Assembly (NCBI GenBank): GCA_963827655.1
Contig: CAWHCF010000023.1
Span: 320,001-384,000 of the forward strand
Direction of reading: 5' to 3'
From: an uncultured Acidobacteriota bacterium
GTDB taxonomy: Bacteria; Acidobacteriota; UBA6911
DNA: 64,000 nt
Shown: one piece after another, positions 1-11,800 of the stretch
Position numbering within the stretch: position 1 is the stretch's first letter
How the letters are laid out: each line of letters begins with the position of its first letter
Notes under the pieces: generated by a model
The model's database searches: none
Told to the model about the DNA's origin: nothing
Seen by the model: the letters and a program-made list of their open reading frames with translations, nothing else
Made by a program: the position numbers and the translations under genes

Positions 1-725
1 TCTGGCAGTGGCACGGAGTACTCCGTCGAGATGCGCGCATCGAATCCCCTGCCCGCGACGGAGATGGCAAAAGTATTCTGCGCATCGGTTCCGCAGGCTT
101 CCACACACTTGTAACAGAGAATGCACTTGCCATAGTCACGCATGTAAAGCCCGTTGTCGATTTTAGGCGGCTGCGTGACGGTGGCCGCCGTGGAGCCATC
201 GGGTCGATCATGGTGACCCGGACGAGCCGTGTCCCGTCTCATGGGCGGCGAAGGGGCGGTTGGTGGACCAAACCGTTCGGGTCGAGCCCCATAAAGTTCC
301 ATGTAGAGCTTCAAGCTGGGTGCCGTTGAGACGTCGACCGAAGAAGCGAGAAATTCGAGGATCAGGCGCCGGCTCAGCCGGACGCGCTCCGAGTCGGTCT
401 TTACCTTCATTCCGGGTTCCACTTTCCTCGAGCAAGCGGGAACTAGAGCGCGGGAGCCTTCAACCTCGACGACGCAGATCCGGCAAACATTCACAGGCGT
501 CAGAGTTTCGAGGAAACAGAGCGTGGGTATCTCGATCCCGAGGCTGCGGCACGTCTCCAGCAGCGTCACACTCTCGCTCACACAAACCTTCTGGTCATCG
601 ATGGTGAGTTCCACCGTCCGCGACGGAGGCGGGACTGCATTGGCGGGGACAGGTCCGGCCGGTACGGGGGCCAACGACGGTCCCGCGCAGGAACTGACTC
701 GATCTTCGCTATCCTCAACGCTCAT
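1..725 (-). CDS. Fe-S subunit (2Fe-2S plus 4Fe-4S dicluster) of the formate dehydrogenase-like complex; runs off the window edge
   Basis: Manual translation from ATG at 725: MSVEDSED...TVELTIDDQKV...IEIPTLCFLETLTPVNVCRICVVEVEGSRALVPAC...DYGKCILCYKCVEACG. NuoG/FdhA N-terminal type Cys motifs. Confidence 0.9.
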   Translation of the reverse strand, partial: MSVEDSEDRVSSCAGPSLAPVPAGPVPANAVPPPSRTVELTIDDQKVCVSESVTLLETCRSLGIEIPTLCFLETLTPVNVCRICVVEVEGSRALVPACSRKVEPGMKVKTDSERVRLSRRLILEFLASSVDVSTAPSLKLYMELYGARPERFGPPTAPSPPMRRDTARPGHHDRPDGSTAATVTQPPKIDNGLYMRDYGKCILCYKCVEACGTDAQNTFAISVAGRGFDARISTEYSVPLP

Positions 726-746
726 GAACGCTCCCTCCGGTCTCTC

Positions 747-2603
747 TCAGGCCCGGAACATCTCGAAACGGTCAACCGCCGACTCGATGGCACTGGATGC
801 AGTTTGCCCAAGTCCGCAAATCGAGGCATCGCGCATCACCTGTCCTATTTCTTTCAAAAGGACGAGATCCTCTTCGACCGATCCTGCGGGCTTCCCACCC
901 ACGAGACGGTGCAAGAGTTCCTCCTGACGCACGGTACCCACGCGACAAGGGACGCACTGCCCGCAGGATTCGTCTCTGAAGAATGCTGCAACCCGCAGCA
1001 GAATACCCTTCAGATCAACCTCGTCGTCGAAGAGCATGACCACGCCTGAACCGAGCGCGGCGCCGATGTCACGTGTTCCTTCGAAGGTCAGTGGCGTATC
1101 GAGCTCCTGCGGCGATACGAACGAACCGGCAGCCCCCCCGAGAAGGATTGCCTGCAGGCGCCCGGTGCCGGCAACACCACCGGCCAGATCGATGAGTTGC
1201 CGGAGAGTGGTGCCAAAAGGGACTTCATAGACCCCTGGACGCAACACATGTCCCGAGAGGCAGAACAGCTTTGTGCCGGCAGAGGCTGCCGTGCCGATTG
1301 AAGCGTAGTTCTCGCCGCTTTGGAGGACGATGTCCAGCACGTTAATGAGCGTCTCGACATTGTTCACGACGGTCGGTTTTCCGAACAAGCCGGACTGAGT
1401 CGGGAATGGTGGTTTGTTGCGAGGCTCTCCGCGAAATCCCTCAATCGAATTGAACAGCGCTGTCTCCTCACCGCAGATATAGGCGCCGGCGCCGCGGCGC
1501 ATCTCGATCTCAAATCGAAAATCATGACCCAGGATTCTCTCACCGAGGAAACCACGCTTCCGGCAGCTTTCGATGGCGCGGGCGAGCCGGTCGAAGGCGA
1601 GGGGATACTCGCCCCGGACATACAGGTAGGATTGCTCACAGCCCGTAGCAAAGCCGGCAATCGTCATCGCCTCGACCAGGGCGAAGGGATCCCCTTCCAT
1701 TATGACGCGGTCCTTGAAAGTGCCCGGCTCCGACTCGTCGGCATTGCAGACCAGGTAATAGGGGCGATTCGCGGGATCCCATTTCTTCCCTGTGGGGAAT
1801 GCGGCCCCACCGCGCCCGCGCAGCCTGGAGTCAATTACCTCCCTGACGACGCGGTCCCGTCCTAATCCCAGGGCACGTCTCAGAGCATCGTAACCGCCGT
1901 ATGCCCGGTAGTCGTCCAGGCTTTCCGGGTCGGCTCGACCCAGGCGCCTCAGGATGCGCAGTTGGGGCTGACCCGCCTGGGGGGCCGAAACACGCGCATC
2001 GAACTCATCCGGCTGGCTGGGGCCGACGGAATCAGCTTGTCGCAAACCGGCAATGACGCCGCCGGCATCGGATGGCGCAAATACTTTCTCCCATGGGTTT
2101 GTTCCCGCGCTCGATAAAAGCGCCGCCGGCGCGCGCTCGCACAAACCCAAGCAGGGGCTTCGAAGCCAGGTCGACCGACCCTCGGAATCCGGGGAGCCTG
2201 GAGGTCCAAGCACGCGCTCCAGCTGTTCGCAGGTTGTCTCGGCGCCCCGGAGCCGGCAAGCTATGTCATCACAGACATGCATCACTACGGGCGAGCGCGG
2301 CGTGAGAGAGAAGAGTCCATAGAAGCTGGCTACGCCAAAGGCTTCAGCGGGAGGAACATCGAGCCGGAGGCAAGCGTAGTTGAGGGCGCCGGGACTTATC
2401 CAGCCGATATGCGCTTGGATGGCGTGGAGGACCGGCAGCAATAGATGCCGTTTCGCCTCGGTAAGACCTCCAAAGGCGATACGCCCTTCGGAATCGACGC
2501 GACGCGTCCCACCCGACCAGCCTGATTCCGCCGGCCCCAGGTAGCCGTCGACCGCGGCTCTCTCGGCCGCCGTAGCTATTGCTTCAGTTAGATTTAAATC
2601 CAA
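747..2603 (-). CDS. NuoE-NuoF fusion (NAD(H)/FMN-binding diaphorase subunit of an NAD-linked formate dehydrogenase)
   Basis: NuoE-like part (HVCDDIAC, CLGLC) followed by NuoF motifs GRGGAAFPTGKKW, NADESEPGTFKD, YICGEET, CGQCVPCRVG and SICGLG. A GGAGG RBS precedes TTG at 2603. Confidence 0.93.
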   Translation of the reverse strand: MDLNLTEAIATAAERAAVDGYLGPAESGWSGGTRRVDSEGRIAFGGLTEAKRHLLLPVLHAIQAHIGWISPGALNYACLRLDVPPAEAFGVASFYGLFSLTPRSPVVMHVCDDIACRLRGAETTCEQLERVLGPPGSPDSEGRSTWLRSPCLGLCERAPAALLSSAGTNPWEKVFAPSDAGGVIAGLRQADSVGPSQPDEFDARVSAPQAGQPQLRILRRLGRADPESLDDYRAYGGYDALRRALGLGRDRVVREVIDSRLRGRGGAAFPTGKKWDPANRPYYLVCNADESEPGTFKDRVIMEGDPFALVEAMTIAGFATGCEQSYLYVRGEYPLAFDRLARAIESCRKRGFLGERILGHDFRFEIEMRRGAGAYICGEETALFNSIEGFRGEPRNKPPFPTQSGLFGKPTVVNNVETLINVLDIVLQSGENYASIGTAASAGTKLFCLSGHVLRPGVYEVPFGTTLRQLIDLAGGVAGTGRLQAILLGGAAGSFVSPQELDTPLTFEGTRDIGAALGSGVVMLFDDEVDLKGILLRVAAFFRDESCGQCVPCRVGTVRQEELLHRLVGGKPAGSVEEDLVLLKEIGQVMRDASICGLGQTASSAIESAVDRFEMFRA

Positions 2604-3137
2604 AAAACCTCCCAGGCACCCCCGATATTCGCGCCCGTAGCTACCGGCGAACAAGCCTCATACTGGCGAGCAAGACAATGTGGCTTGTGGGCATTTCGTC
2701 GTCGCGACAGCAAAGTGCCAGGCCCGTAGTAGGGCCCTGGAGTTTGGACATTTCGCAAGGCACAGAGGCTCGGGTGCCGTTAACCAGGGCCGAAGGCGGA
2801 AGTGAATAGCCTCGCCGTGAGAGGCTGTGAGAAAATTCAGCGAACGGCTCTCGAAGGACCGGCAGCCCTTTGAACTTTTGTGGCGCGCGTCACTTAGAGG
2901 CCGTCGCCATGCCGGGTTTATGTGCGGACGGCTATCAAGCCCGTCCGGCCCCCTAGTGGCACAAATGAACTTTTAAGGGTAAATCCGCCCGATCACGTTA
3001 CCTGCGACGGGTCTGATGACCCGTCGCCACAGACCAATTGGCTCAAGCCTTCTTCTGCGCACTCCAAAGCCGCGTTCCTGGAGTGCTCAACCAGGCCGCC
3101 AACCATCCGTCGATGTTCCTCTGAGTCGCTGCAACCC

Positions 3138-5096
3138 TCAGGCTCCCAGAGGAGCAGCCGGAACACTCTCTTCTGTGGCGGCTGTGTCCGCCCCGAGCGG
3201 AGTTACGAGCTTCTCTATGCGGATCGCAGTCGCTTTGAATTCGGCGGTGCCCGACTTGGGATCAATGGCATCGATAGTAAGAAGATTGGTAGCCACATCC
3301 TCCGGGAAATGCAGTGTCATGAATGCGAGTCCCGGCCTCAGTGACGCATCATACCGGACGGACACTAGAACCGAGCCCCGACGGGAGCGCACGCGAATTC
3401 GCTCCCCCTCGGCAACGCGATAAAGATGCCCATCCTCGGGGGAGAGGTCCAGGGTCTCTATGCGCCGCAGCGGGGAATGATAGCGGGCGCTTTGCACGCC
3501 GGTATTAAAGGAATCCAGGCGCCGGCCCGTGGTAAGGCGAATGGGGTATTGTTCATCCAGGGTGTCCACCGGAGGCTCGAATTCGACGACGCTGAACGGC
3601 GCTCTGGGGCCGACCACCGGCCTTTCCCAGAGACGGCTGTGGAGAAAGAGCTCTCCCGGATGGGATTCATGGTAGCAAGGCCACTGGAGGCCGCCGCTTG
3701 CCTCGAGGCGCGCGTAGCTCATTCCTGCATGCAACGGGCTCAGCCTGCGTATTTCATTCCAGATATCTTCCGCGCTGGGGTGGCCCCAATCATGTCCGAG
3801 TCTCCTTGCCAGGCCACAGATAATTTCGATGTCATCGCGAGCGCCGCCGGGTGGGTCGAGGGCCTTACGCACGCGCTGGACACGGCGCTCGCTGCTGGTC
3901 ACTGTGCCTTCCGATTCGCACCAGCCGGCCGCCGCGGGCAAGACTACATGGGCGAGTTCTCCGGTTGCCGTGAGGAAAAGGTCTTGCACGGCAAGGAACT
4001 CAAGTCCCTTGAGAAGACGGACGGAGCGGTGCTGGTCCGCCTCTGAATGGGCCGGGTTTTCACCAATAACGTAGAGGGCATTGAAATCCCCTCGTTCCAT
4101 GGCCTGAAACATACCGCTCAGATGCAACCCGCGTTGGGGCGGTATCCTGGTATTCCAGGCTTGCTCGAATTTTTCGCGGAGCTCGTCGTTCTCCACATGT
4201 TGGAAGCCGGTCAATCGGTCGGGGATGGCTCCCATGTCACCGCCGCCCTGCACGTTGTTTTGCCCCCGAAGCGGATTGAGGCCTGAGCCGTAGCGCCCGA
4301 CGTGACCCGTGAGGAGAGCCAGGTTGAGCAGCGAAAGAACGTTGTCGACCGCATTATGATGCTCCGTAATACCGAGTGTCCAGCAAATCTGGGCACGGTC
4401 CGCACGCGCGTAGGCATGAGCCAATTGCCGGATCACCGCTGCTGGAACGCCGGTGACCGTCTCGGCATATTCCAGCGTGTAGGGTTCCACGGCAACCTGG
4501 TACGCTTCGTAACCGCTGGTGGCATGTTCGATAAAGGAGCGATTCTCTAACCCGGAAGCGATGATCTCGCGCGCGATCGCGTTGGCAAGGGCGATATCCG
4601 AACCCACATCGATGCCCAGCCAAACATCGGCCCAGCGGGCGGAACTGGTCCGTCGCGGGTCGACGACATAGAGCTTCGCGCCCTTCCGTACGCCCTTCAG
4701 GACGTGATGGAAGAATATCGGGTGCGTCTCGCGAGCGTTGGATCCCCAAATAATAATGACGTCAGTATCCTCGATCTCGCGGTAAGAGCTGGTCCCCCCG
4801 CCCAATCCAAAAACCGTCGCCAGACCGACGACGCTTGGGGCGTGTCAGGTACGGTTGCAGCTATCGACGTTGTTGGTGCCGATAACCACCCGTGCGAACT
4901 TCTGAGCGAGGAAGTTGAGTTCGTTCGTGGTCTTCGAACAGCTGAAGATGCCGAAAGCCTGAGGGCCGTGTTTTTCGATCGCTCGGCGAAAACCCTCCGC
5001 CGCCCGGTCGAGCGCTTCTTCCCAGCTCGCAGGGCGAAGGCTACCCTGATCACGGACCAGGGGAGCTGTCAATCGCGCTTTATGTTGTTTTCCCAT
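3138..5096 (-). CDS. fdhA: Selenocysteine-containing molybdopterin oxidoreductase, formate dehydrogenase alpha-type
   Basis: ORFs 4845..5102 and 3138..4805 are in frame across TGA at 4847-4845 (NNVDSCNRT-U-HAPSV, the FdhF active-site position). LRGQNNVQG and a C-terminal MGD-binding domain are present. Confidence 0.93.
4815..4847 (-). promoter_or_regulatory. Sec UGA codon and bacterial SECIS hairpin
   Basis: UGA followed 11 nt later by the stem CGUCGUC-(GGUCU)-GGCGACG, similar in position and loop to the E. coli fdhF SECIS. Confidence 0.85.
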
Positions 5097-5381
5097 TGTC
5101 AACCGTCATTCATCAAATTCAAGTAGGGTCGCGCAGGTTTGAAACCATCGTTTCTCACCTCGCAAGAGTTCCCGTCAGCAACTTATACATCAGTATCGGA
5201 ATGCTTTTGAAGCACGATCTAGTCTGCGCTGCAAATCGGATCTCCTCACGCGATGGCTCAAGTCAACGGTGTTGCTTGCGGCCGTCGACCAAGTGTTGGC
5301 CAAGGACAACTCTGGATTCTCGGAGTGGAAATGGCTTAGAATTCAGCCGTCATGGAAAGCAAGTGGAAGCCCTGTAAGTAA

Positions 5382-6167
5382 ATGGCTGCCCGCACTCGCA
5401 CGACGGACGAGGCAGATTCTCTGCCGTCAAGTCCAGGCGTCAGATACCCAACCGGACGAGTTACGCGCCGCCCTATCGGTTTCTTGCGCCTCAAAGTGCT
5501 GGAATCAGTCGCGACACTCGAAGCCCGCCGCGACGAACTCGCAGCCAAGCCTAAGGGGACCAAGGCGCTGCACGAATACCGCAAGCAAGCCCGCCGCGTG
5601 GCCGCGGGATACCAGTTGCTTGAACTCTTTCTCAAGCCCACCGAATACGCGAATGTCCATGCTCTGGTGTCGCAGTTGGCGAAGGGCCTCGGCAGATGGC
5701 GGGACGCCGACGTACTGGATAAACGGCTCGAGAAGCTCGCTGCACGAAAGTCCAGGGAGGTTCGAGAGCAATTCACCGAGTTGCGAAACAAGATTGCGGC
5801 CGGCGGCCGAAAGCGGCGCATCGCCAATGCCTGCAAGAGGTCATCCCGGAGACGCCTGCGCGAACCGGTTGAGGAGATTCTCGGGCGTGCCCGCGCGCGA
5901 CTTGTGGATCCGCTGGAACTTCTACGTAAACGATTGTGCCTGAGGGCACCGTCCGCGCTCCGCAGTACGGCAACAACGCAAGATCTGCACGCATTCCGCC
6001 TTGAATTGAAGTCTTACCGGTACGCCCTTGAAACCCTGGCGCCGGAACCCAGGAGCGCCGAGGAGTTAACCGCCCGCCAGGCTCATCAGGTCACCGCCAT
6101 CCTTGGACGGCTTGTTGATGCCGAAGTGCTCGAAAAGACAGCGGCTGGCTATCGCATTGCCGCCTGA
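5382..6167 (+). CDS. CHAD domain protein (polyphosphate-binding), possibly 3'-truncated
   Basis: Helical, Arg/Lys-rich, with repeated motifs ALHEYRKQARR, LGRWRDADV, LHAFRLELKSYRYALE and LGRLVDAEV. Confidence 0.8.
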   Translation: MAARTRTTDEADSLPSSPGVRYPTGRVTRRPIGFLRLKVLESVATLEARRDELAAKPKGTKALHEYRKQARRVAAGYQLLELFLKPTEYANVHALVSQLAKGLGRWRDADVLDKRLEKLAARKSREVREQFTELRNKIAAGGRKRRIANACKRSSRRRLREPVEEILGRARARLVDPLELLRKRLCLRAPSALRSTATTQDLHAFRLELKSYRYALETLAPEPRSAEELTARQAHQVTAILGRLVDAEVLEKTAAGYRIAA

Positions 6168-7181
6168 TGTCTTCAAACTCTACCGAATGTGCTATTCAGG
6201 AACAACGGAAACGGCAAATTCAGCGATATAAAAGAGAAAGAAGGACTGAGAAAAAAAATAGGTAAAGGAAAGGGAAAAGAGATAGAGGACTATGAAAAAG
6301 AAGGTAGAAAGGACATCTATGTAGATAAAGACAAAACAAAGAATTTACTCTACAGCAACGAGGGACGGGGAATCTTCAAGGAAGTAGCGATGCAAGCCGG
6401 CGTTTTAGACAATGAAAAAGGAGAGATGGTGTAGGGAATGGGTTGAGACTTCAAGGACTATAACAACGATGGCTTGAATGATATCTTTAATACAGAACTG
6501 AGCAAGGAGAAGTTAAAGCTGTATTTGAAAAAGGGGAAGGGACTATATAAGGATGTAAACTTTACTTAGACACTGGGAGTAATCTAGTCACGCCACAACG
6601 GGAGAAGAGCAAAATTTCTAGACCTGGACAATGATGGGTGGAAGGATATTGTAGTCGCTGGATCCCACGTGATAGAGAATATAGAACTGTATGAGAAGGA
6701 GGAGAGATACAAGGAAAAATGATATTACTAAAGAAAAATGGGGAAAGGAAAGTTAAAAGATCTATAAAGAGAAGTAGGAAAGGATTTTCAGGAGGTAGGA
6801 GAGTTCAGGGGGCTAGAGTAAGGAGACTTAGATAGAGACGGGTCGCTAGAGGTCGTTGACTCGAGATTGAACGACGTGATGGTACTCTTAAAGAAGAAGG
6901 GAGGAAAAGATAATCACTGGCTCCTTGTGCAGCGGCGCGGGACCCGAAGCAATCTCTATGGAATAGGAGCAAAACTCAATAAACCACGGCTTCGGGAAGA
7001 GCTCTCTTCGAACACGTGACCACGGCGAATGGAATCTATTCGGCAGCGATAAGCGGCTCATCGGGTTGGCCAAGGAGGCAAAAATAGACTCCATGGAGAT
7101 CCACTGGAGAGCGGCACTCTTCAGAAGATGGAGAATATGAGCCCAGACCAGATGCTGACTGTTAACGAACGCGCGGAATGA
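6145..7181 (+). pseudogene. C-terminal part of a CRTAC1-family (FG-GAP repeats + ASPIC/UnbV) gene, corrupted by many substitutions to A and in-frame stops
   Basis: Residual motifs LFRNNGNGKFSD, DFKDYNNDG, DLDNDGWKD, GDLDRDG and NHWLLV..GTRSN..GIGAK. Several stops; strong C depletion on the + strand. Confidence 0.8.
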
Positions 7182-7437
7182 TACGTGAGGGTGCTGGAAC
7201 GATGGTTCTTTGTATCTTTGTATAACAAGAAAAAAATCTGTTTTAAAGGCGACATAAAAAAGAAGAGAGAAAAAGAATATGAAAAGGATAAAGAGAATAT
7301 AAAAGAGAGAATATAGATATAGAGAAATAAGAGGAATATGTGGAGATAATAAGGTAAAGGAAAAAGGAAGAGTTGTGTGAGAGGTATATGTAAGGCAGCT
7401 ATAAACTAAAAGATAAGAAGATACACTAAGTAACAAA

Positions 7438-8784
7438 ATGGCCACTGCGAAAGTCCTCTTGGGACTGAGTTTCATTCGGATTATCTTTCCGGGCTTGTCT
7501 TTAAGCCAAGAAAGGATTCGAGAGCAGGCCTTTTCCAGTCACAAGCGGCTTCGGCCGAGGAATTGCTGCAGGAAGGGTTGCGGGCCTATCGGGCGCGTCA
7601 ATTGAGCCAGGCCGTGGCGAAGTTAAAACAGGCATATCAATTGGCTCCGGCAAATCCGAAGATACGCCTGACTTTGTCCCCTTGCTTTATGAACACGATC
7701 CCGCCAGTGTGGATGCGAATCACTTGATGGAGTCGGTGGCCGCTAAATTCACCGATAATCTCGAGCTGCAACTGAAATTCCTGGATTACAGACTGCGAGT
7801 GAAGAACGACGCGAAATTGCCTTCGATGCTCGACCGCCTTCAGCACGCCATGGGCGGCAATACCCGATTTGCGTTCAACGTGGTTTACACGCTGGTTCGT
7901 TATGCGGCATCTTGAAGCGGCTCAAAAGCAGCTCGCGAGATTTCAGCCCGGCTGCGACCCAAGCTGCAAGGGCTTACGGAGCAGGATCTGAAAGCAACCG
8001 CTCACCGCGCCACGCAGCAAGATGCTGGTGAAGTGCATTTCATCGAGGGGCTGATTGCCGCCAGCCGTAACGACAAGGGCGAGGCGATGCGCCTGTTTCA
8101 AGCGGCGGATCGTTACGATTTTCCGGCGCGCGACTCGATGCAAATGCAGATGCTGGCTGAAGCTCTTTTCCGGATGGGAGAGCATCGATTGTCTAGCCAG
8201 GCCTACGAGGTTTACTTGAAACATTTTCCGCAGGATACCGATCGCCCGCATGAAGCTGGACTCAGCTACTATGGCAATGGCTCATGGAACAGCGCGCGGG
8301 ACAACTTGCGCAAGCTGCTGGAACAAGCGCCGCAGACTGCCAATCTCCATTTGTATCTGGGCCGGACCTCGCTGGAATTAAAAAACAATGACGAAGCGCG
8401 AAAGGAATTCCTGGAGGAACTGAAAGACGATCCGCAATCTTACCGCGCCATGGCGGAGCTGGCTTATCTGGCTTATCTGGATGGAGACAATGAAGTCTGC
8501 CGCGAGTGGCTGGATGAGGCCAGGTCGCTGAACCCAGCCTGGGTAGAAACCAACAAGGTCTGGGTCTGCTTCACAACAGGCTGGGACAGTTCGATCGCGC
8601 CATTCCATGCTTTGAACAGGTCATCCGCGAAAGACCGGGCGACTACAGGGCGCACTATCAGCTGTCGCAGGCTTATCGACGCATCGGAAACGAGGCCGAA
8701 GCCAAAAAACACGCCGACATATACGACGAGTTAATCGCAAAGGAAAAGGCGCGCCAGCTCGGTGAGAGAGCCACGAAGCTCTGA
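7438..8784 (+). pseudogene. TPR-repeat secreted protein split by several frameshifts (probably sequencing errors)
   Basis: Signal-like N-terminus from ATG 7438. Fragments 7682..7915 and 8033..8734 carry TPR-like helices. Final stop at 8784. Confidence 0.7.
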
Positions 8785-8863
8785 CTTCTTGCCACCAAGG
8801 GCCACCAGATGCTTCGCGATTCTTCGTATCTTTAAGTCTTAGCGGTTATCTGTGGGAAAACCC

Positions 8864-11800
8864 CTAGAACTCGAGCTTGAAGCCGAATTGCAAGATGCGC
8901 GGATCCCGATATGAACTGATCGTTCCGAACGTACTCCTGCTCGAATTGCTGATTCCCGAGCCAGGATTGTCGCCCGAAAAGCTGGTATTGATTCCCCAGA
9001 CTTGAGGATGGTTAAAGAGGTTAAACACATCCATCCCGACCTTCAGGTTCGCCTCCTCCTTGATCTTGATAATCTTGAAGAGGGAGGCATCCCAGTTGCT
9101 GTAACCAGGACCGCGCAGCGTGTGCCGGTGCAGGCTGCCATACCGGCCATCCTGAGGCCGCGCAAAGGCAGCCGGATTGAGCCACCGGCTTTTGGTCTGC
9201 CCGGCATAAGGATCGCCAATCAGGTCGGCGAACAGACTTACGGCATCGATTCCCTTCAGATCGCCATTCGAGAAGATGCTGACAGGACGCCGGACTGGTA
9301 GTGGGTGATCCACTGATCTGCCACCTGTTTAGCAACGCGCGGCCCACCGCATTATTTGATGACGCTTTCAGACCGGGAATCTGGTAGACGTAGTCAAACG
9401 TCAAGGAATGAGTCACATCGTAGCCGGCGGGCGCCAGTTGGCGTTGATATCGAGAGGATAAACAAGGTTGTCGCTGTAGTTGTCAACCTGATCGAAGACC
9501 TTCGACCAGGTGTAATTGACGTTGAAATGGAGCCCATTGCGAACCGGCGGCTCAACCGGGCTTGCAGGCATTGTACTCGGAAGTCCCGGAGGTCTCGATT
9601 GAAGTGATGCCCCCGAAACCTCGATACGGACGCAGAGCATCCGAGTAGTTATTCACCGAGGGAAGCGCGTTGGGATTGTCGAGATAGAATCCCGGCGCCG
9701 TCCGATTGATGGCGCGTTGAATCATCAGATGTATTTCGTGGTTCCCGACATAGGCGAGATCGAGCACGAAGTCGCGCCCGAGGTCTCTCTGGATCCCCAG
9801 GTTCCACGAGTAGATGGTCGGCATCGTATTGTAGACCGGGAAGGTCGCGCCATAGGATGGAGGGGCAATCTGTCTGCCGGTGAGGCCGCTCACAGGCTCA
9901 GGGGTAATATAGTTTACATTGGTGTTGGTGACACTGAACCCCACACCGTTCGGGAACTGAGCGACGGCGCCGAAGTTGAAGTTGTTCTGACGCAGCGCTC
10001 CACGAACGTGCCGAACCGCCGCGAATGGCCGTCTTGCCGTCTCCGAACAGATCGAAAGCAAAGCTGAATCTCGGAGAGAAGAAATTGCTCGGTCGGGGCG
10101 AATCACGGTCGACCTCATCGCAGGGATCGCAAATCAAACCATTGGCGGTCAATTGGCTCAGCGCATCGCTGATAATCCTTCCATTGGTAAGGTCTATCTG
10201 CGGAGCCCGCGCAGAAGAGTATCGCAAGACATCCACGCTCCACAGCTTGAAGGTCCCTTCGTCGCCAGGCGCTCCGTCCCGGAGGTAGGTGTAAGTCGGA
10301 GCGGTGCGCTGGAAACGGACGCCATACTCGAGGGTCAGCCGCTGGCTGGCTTTCCAGCTGTCCTGGGCATACCCTTCCCAGGACTCGAACCGGAAATAAG
10401 GATAAATAGAGGCGCTGGCCTGGCTGTAACTACTGAAATTTCCCAGCAACAAGTTGGCTAGCGGAGCTCCGGTGTCTCCGGGGTTGTTTGCGCCGAGAAA
10501 AAGTCGATCTGCCCCTGCGCAGAGCCGAAGTTCGCGGTTTGCTTCTTGTTGTCCCGGTTGTAATAAAACCCGAACTTCAAGGTGTGAGATTTTTTCACCC
10601 AGGAGAGGTTTTCCGTGAAGGAGTAGTCTTTTCCATCATTGTGCCAGCCGGGCGAACCCCAGGCCATGGTGATACGCGGAATTACGTTAGCCCCCGGCGC
10701 CTGGAAATTGGGGATGTAATTGACGGTATTGGTTCCGGGATAGAGTTGCGTGAAGTTCGCGCCGATGCTGTCCCGGTCCAACGAATCGTCGCTGGGAGTC
10801 AGACTCTGTGATTGATGGTTGTAAGACAGTATGGTCTCGCTGGCCAAGGTCGGACTGAAAAGATTGACCACGTTCCACGACCAGGAACTTCCCGGCTTGG
10901 GCCGTTGCTGCGGCCCGAACGGCAATTGCGGGCAGAATGAGTTCCAGCCCAAATCGCTCCGGGAAGAAACTCGGTCTGGTCGTCGTTCACCCAACGGAAG
11001 AATGTCGATGTCTTGCTGCTCAAGTTGTAATCAAGGCGCAGCAGATCCTGATCTTTTTCAAGCTTGTTGGGGCTGGAAAAGAACCAGCGCACCAGCCCTG
11101 GATTCGGAGCTGCAGGAAAGCTGGAATAGCCTGGAATCTGCGTAAAGATCTTGATCAGGCTGGCACTCTGGGTGTTCCACATCGAAGTGGGTACGGTGTT
11201 GCCTGGAAAGGGCGTCCCTCCAATAATGTTGCTCTGGTTATCCCACCGGAGCGACCCGGGCTGGAACACCGTCCCCACGTTGAATTGGGGAGCGTACTGC
11301 ATCGCCGTGGTGGTCAAGAAGGGAGAAAAATCGCCACTCACCAGCGTTCGAGCGCTGGGCAAGTCCACGAAACTCTGCCCGGCTGCGACCAGTTGCCGTC
11401 GTGTCATTTCGCGATTGTAAAAGAAGAAGACCTTCTTGTTGGCGGTGGTCGAGACCCCGGGAATGGGCACCCAGCCGCTGAAGTATGCCGCCGAACAGGT
11501 TGTAGCGCAACTTGTCCTTGCTGGCCGTTGCCGGAAGGTCATGGCGCTTCGCATCGAAGGCATCATTTCGGACATACTCATAGAGAGTGCCGTGGAAGTC
11601 GGAGCCGCCGGACTTGGTTTGGACCGCGACCACTATGCCGGAGTTACGACCGTACTCGGCGTTGAAGCTGCTTTGCTGCATTTTGAATTCGCCGATGGAA
11701 TAGACGCTGGGTTGCGTGTACTGAGACTGGTTGTCGCCCACGTCGAGATTCGGAGAGCCATCCAGATAGAAATTGTTCTGGGAGCCCCGTCCGCCATTGG

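Noticed and set aside
4845-4847. Premature stop making fdhA a pseudogene or two genes
   Set aside because: The UGA is at the Sec position, in frame, with a SECIS-like hairpin.
6189-7181. DGR template or variable repeat
   Set aside because: No reverse transcriptase and no paired repeat in the window, and the tract is far longer than DGR repeats.
6888-7475. 195-aa hydrophobic minus-strand ORF
   Set aside because: It is the reverse complement of the A-rich corrupted tract; the hydrophobicity is a compositional by-product.
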